DNA of 32,000 nt. It comes from Candidatus Saccharimonadota bacterium (lineage in GTDB: Bacteria > Patescibacteriota > Microgenomatia > UBA1406 > GWC2-37-13). A program made the position numbers and the translations under genes. The first letter of the stretch is position 1. Every line of letters starts with the position of its first letter. The stretch spans positions 1,350,001 through 1,382,000 of the forward strand of contig CP065004.1 in NCBI GenBank assembly GCA_016700135.1. The letters run 5' to 3'. Below the pieces are notes generated by a model that was given only the letters and a program-made list of their open reading frames with translations, was not told the DNA's origin and made no database searches. This document shows, one piece after another, positions 30,886-32,000 of this stretch.

Positions 30886-32000
30886 AAGGCTAATAACTCA
30901 CGGGGATCAGTGACTACACCGGCAATAGCAGTTGCCGCTGCAGTCAAAGGAGATACGAGCATAGTGCGAGCACCCGGTCCCTGCCTTCCCTCAAAATTTC
31001 TATTACTTGTCGAGACGCAATATTTTCCCGGCGGAATTTTGTCTTCATTCATCCCGAGACAGGCCGAACAACCCGCACCACGAAGCTCAAATCCTGCATC
31101 AGTAAATATTTTATCGAGACCTTCTTTTCTCGCCTGTTCCAGTACCTGTGTCGATCCCGGTACAAGAATCGCCTTTATATGATCTGCTTTTTTTCTGCCT
31201 TTAAGAATTTGTGCAGCAAGACGGAAGTCCTCTATACGTGAATTTGTGCAGCTGCCGAAAAATACATAATCGACTTTCTGGCCGATCATCGGTTGCCCTT
31301 CCTGCAAACCCATGTACTGCAGTGATCTCACTAATTGTTTACGGTCCGATTCTGTATTGAATTCATTTGATTGCGGCACGTGCGCCGTGACTCCTACACC
31401 CATTCCCGGATTGGTACCGTATGTAATCATCGGTTCGATATCTTCTGCATTAAAAACTTCAACGCGGTCATAGACGGCACCTTCATCCGACGGGAGCGTT
31501 TTCCAATATTCAATTGCTTCATCCCAGGCTTTTCCATTCAGCATATATTTCCGTCCTTTCATATATGCAAAGGTCTTTTCATCAGGTGCAATCATTCCGC
31601 CCCGTGCTCCCATCTCGATACTCATATTGCAGATTGTCATCCTGGCTTCCATCGAAAGATCACGGATTGCCGATCCCGTATACTCGACAAAGTATCCGGT
31701 TCCTCCTGACGCACTCAGCTTGGAAATGATATAAAGAATTATATCTTTCGCGACCACTCCTTTTCTCAGTTTTCCGTTAACTTCAATATTCATAGTCTTA
31801 GGTTTATATTGAAGGATTGCCTGTGACGCAAGTACCTGCTCTACTTCACTGGTCCCGATACCGAATGCGATTGATCCGAATGCTCCGTGAGTTGATGTAT
31901 GACTGTCACCGCAAACGATTGTCATCCCGGGTTTAGTAACACCAAGCTCGGGTCCTATGACATGAACAATACCCTGCCAGGGATGACCAAGTCCGAAAAG
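30882..32000 (-). CDS. leuC: 3-isopropylmalate dehydratase large subunit (5'-partial; continues past the window end)
   Basis: The aconitase-family motifs are [26 protein letters not shown] and [12 protein letters not shown]. The frame stays open upstream of the track Met (…[29 protein letters not shown]) up to position 32000. Confidence 0.9.
   Translation of the reverse strand, partial: LFGLGHPWQGIVHVIGPELGVTKPGMTIVCGDSHTSTHGAFGSIAFGIGTSEVEQVLASQAILQYKPKTMNIEVNGKLRKGVVAKDIILYIISKLSASGGTGYFVEYTGSAIRDLSMEARMTICNMSIEMGARGGMIAPDEKTFAYMKGRKYMLNGKAWDEAIEYWKTLPSDEGAVYDRVEVFNAEDIEPMITYGTNPGMGVGVTAHVPQSNEFNTESDRKQLVRSLQYMGLQEGQPMIGQKVDYVFFGSCTNSRIEDFRLAAQILKGRKKADHIKAILVPGSTQVLEQARKEGLDKIFTDAGFELRGAGCSACLGMNEDKIPPGKYCVSTSNRNFEGRQGPGARTMLVSPLTAAATAIAGVVTDPRELLAL

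Noticed and set aside
1-32000. Possible alternative genetic code (UGA recoding), as seen in some small-genome uncultivated lineages.
   Set aside because: All conserved genes (greA, lysS, guaA, guaB, serS, leuBCD) are full length under the standard code, and several end at TGA exactly where homologues end. The one broken gene (purF-like) is explained by a frameshift, not by an in-frame TGA.

Overview
This is a dense bacterial chromosome segment that reads cleanly in the standard genetic code, with short or overlapping intergenic gaps. It falls into two compositional parts.

(i) Positions 1 to about 8.77 kb are AT-richer accessory DNA ending at a tRNA-Glu(CUC) gene. This part carries a large serine recombinase, a membrane-anchored VirD4/TraG-like coupling ATPase, a Replic_Relax-family protein and an ArdC-like antirestriction/metalloprotease protein. 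It also carries a TrpR-family repressor next to a trp-operator-like palindrome, an Asp/Glu racemase and several orphan ORFs. I read it as an integrated mobilisable or conjugative-type island whose left end lies outside the window.

(ii) Positions about 8.9 to 32 kb are housekeeping genes: greA, lysS fused to an HD-hydrolase domain, a GNAT, an amidinotransferase-fold enzyme, serS, and leuB/leuD/leuC. They surround an IS481-like insertion and an unusually complete purine-salvage supercluster. That cluster runs add, guaB (no CBS domain), a HemN/HemW-like radical SAM enzyme with a CX26CX2C motif, guaA, and an ITPase::IMPDH-like fusion. Converging on it are gmk and a purF-like gene split at a G7 tract, followed by a PRTase and a second stand-alone ITPase (rdgB).

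I found one tRNA, no rRNA and no CRISPR array. All family calls come from motif recognition by eye. No searches or computations were run, and the GC statements are eyeball estimates.
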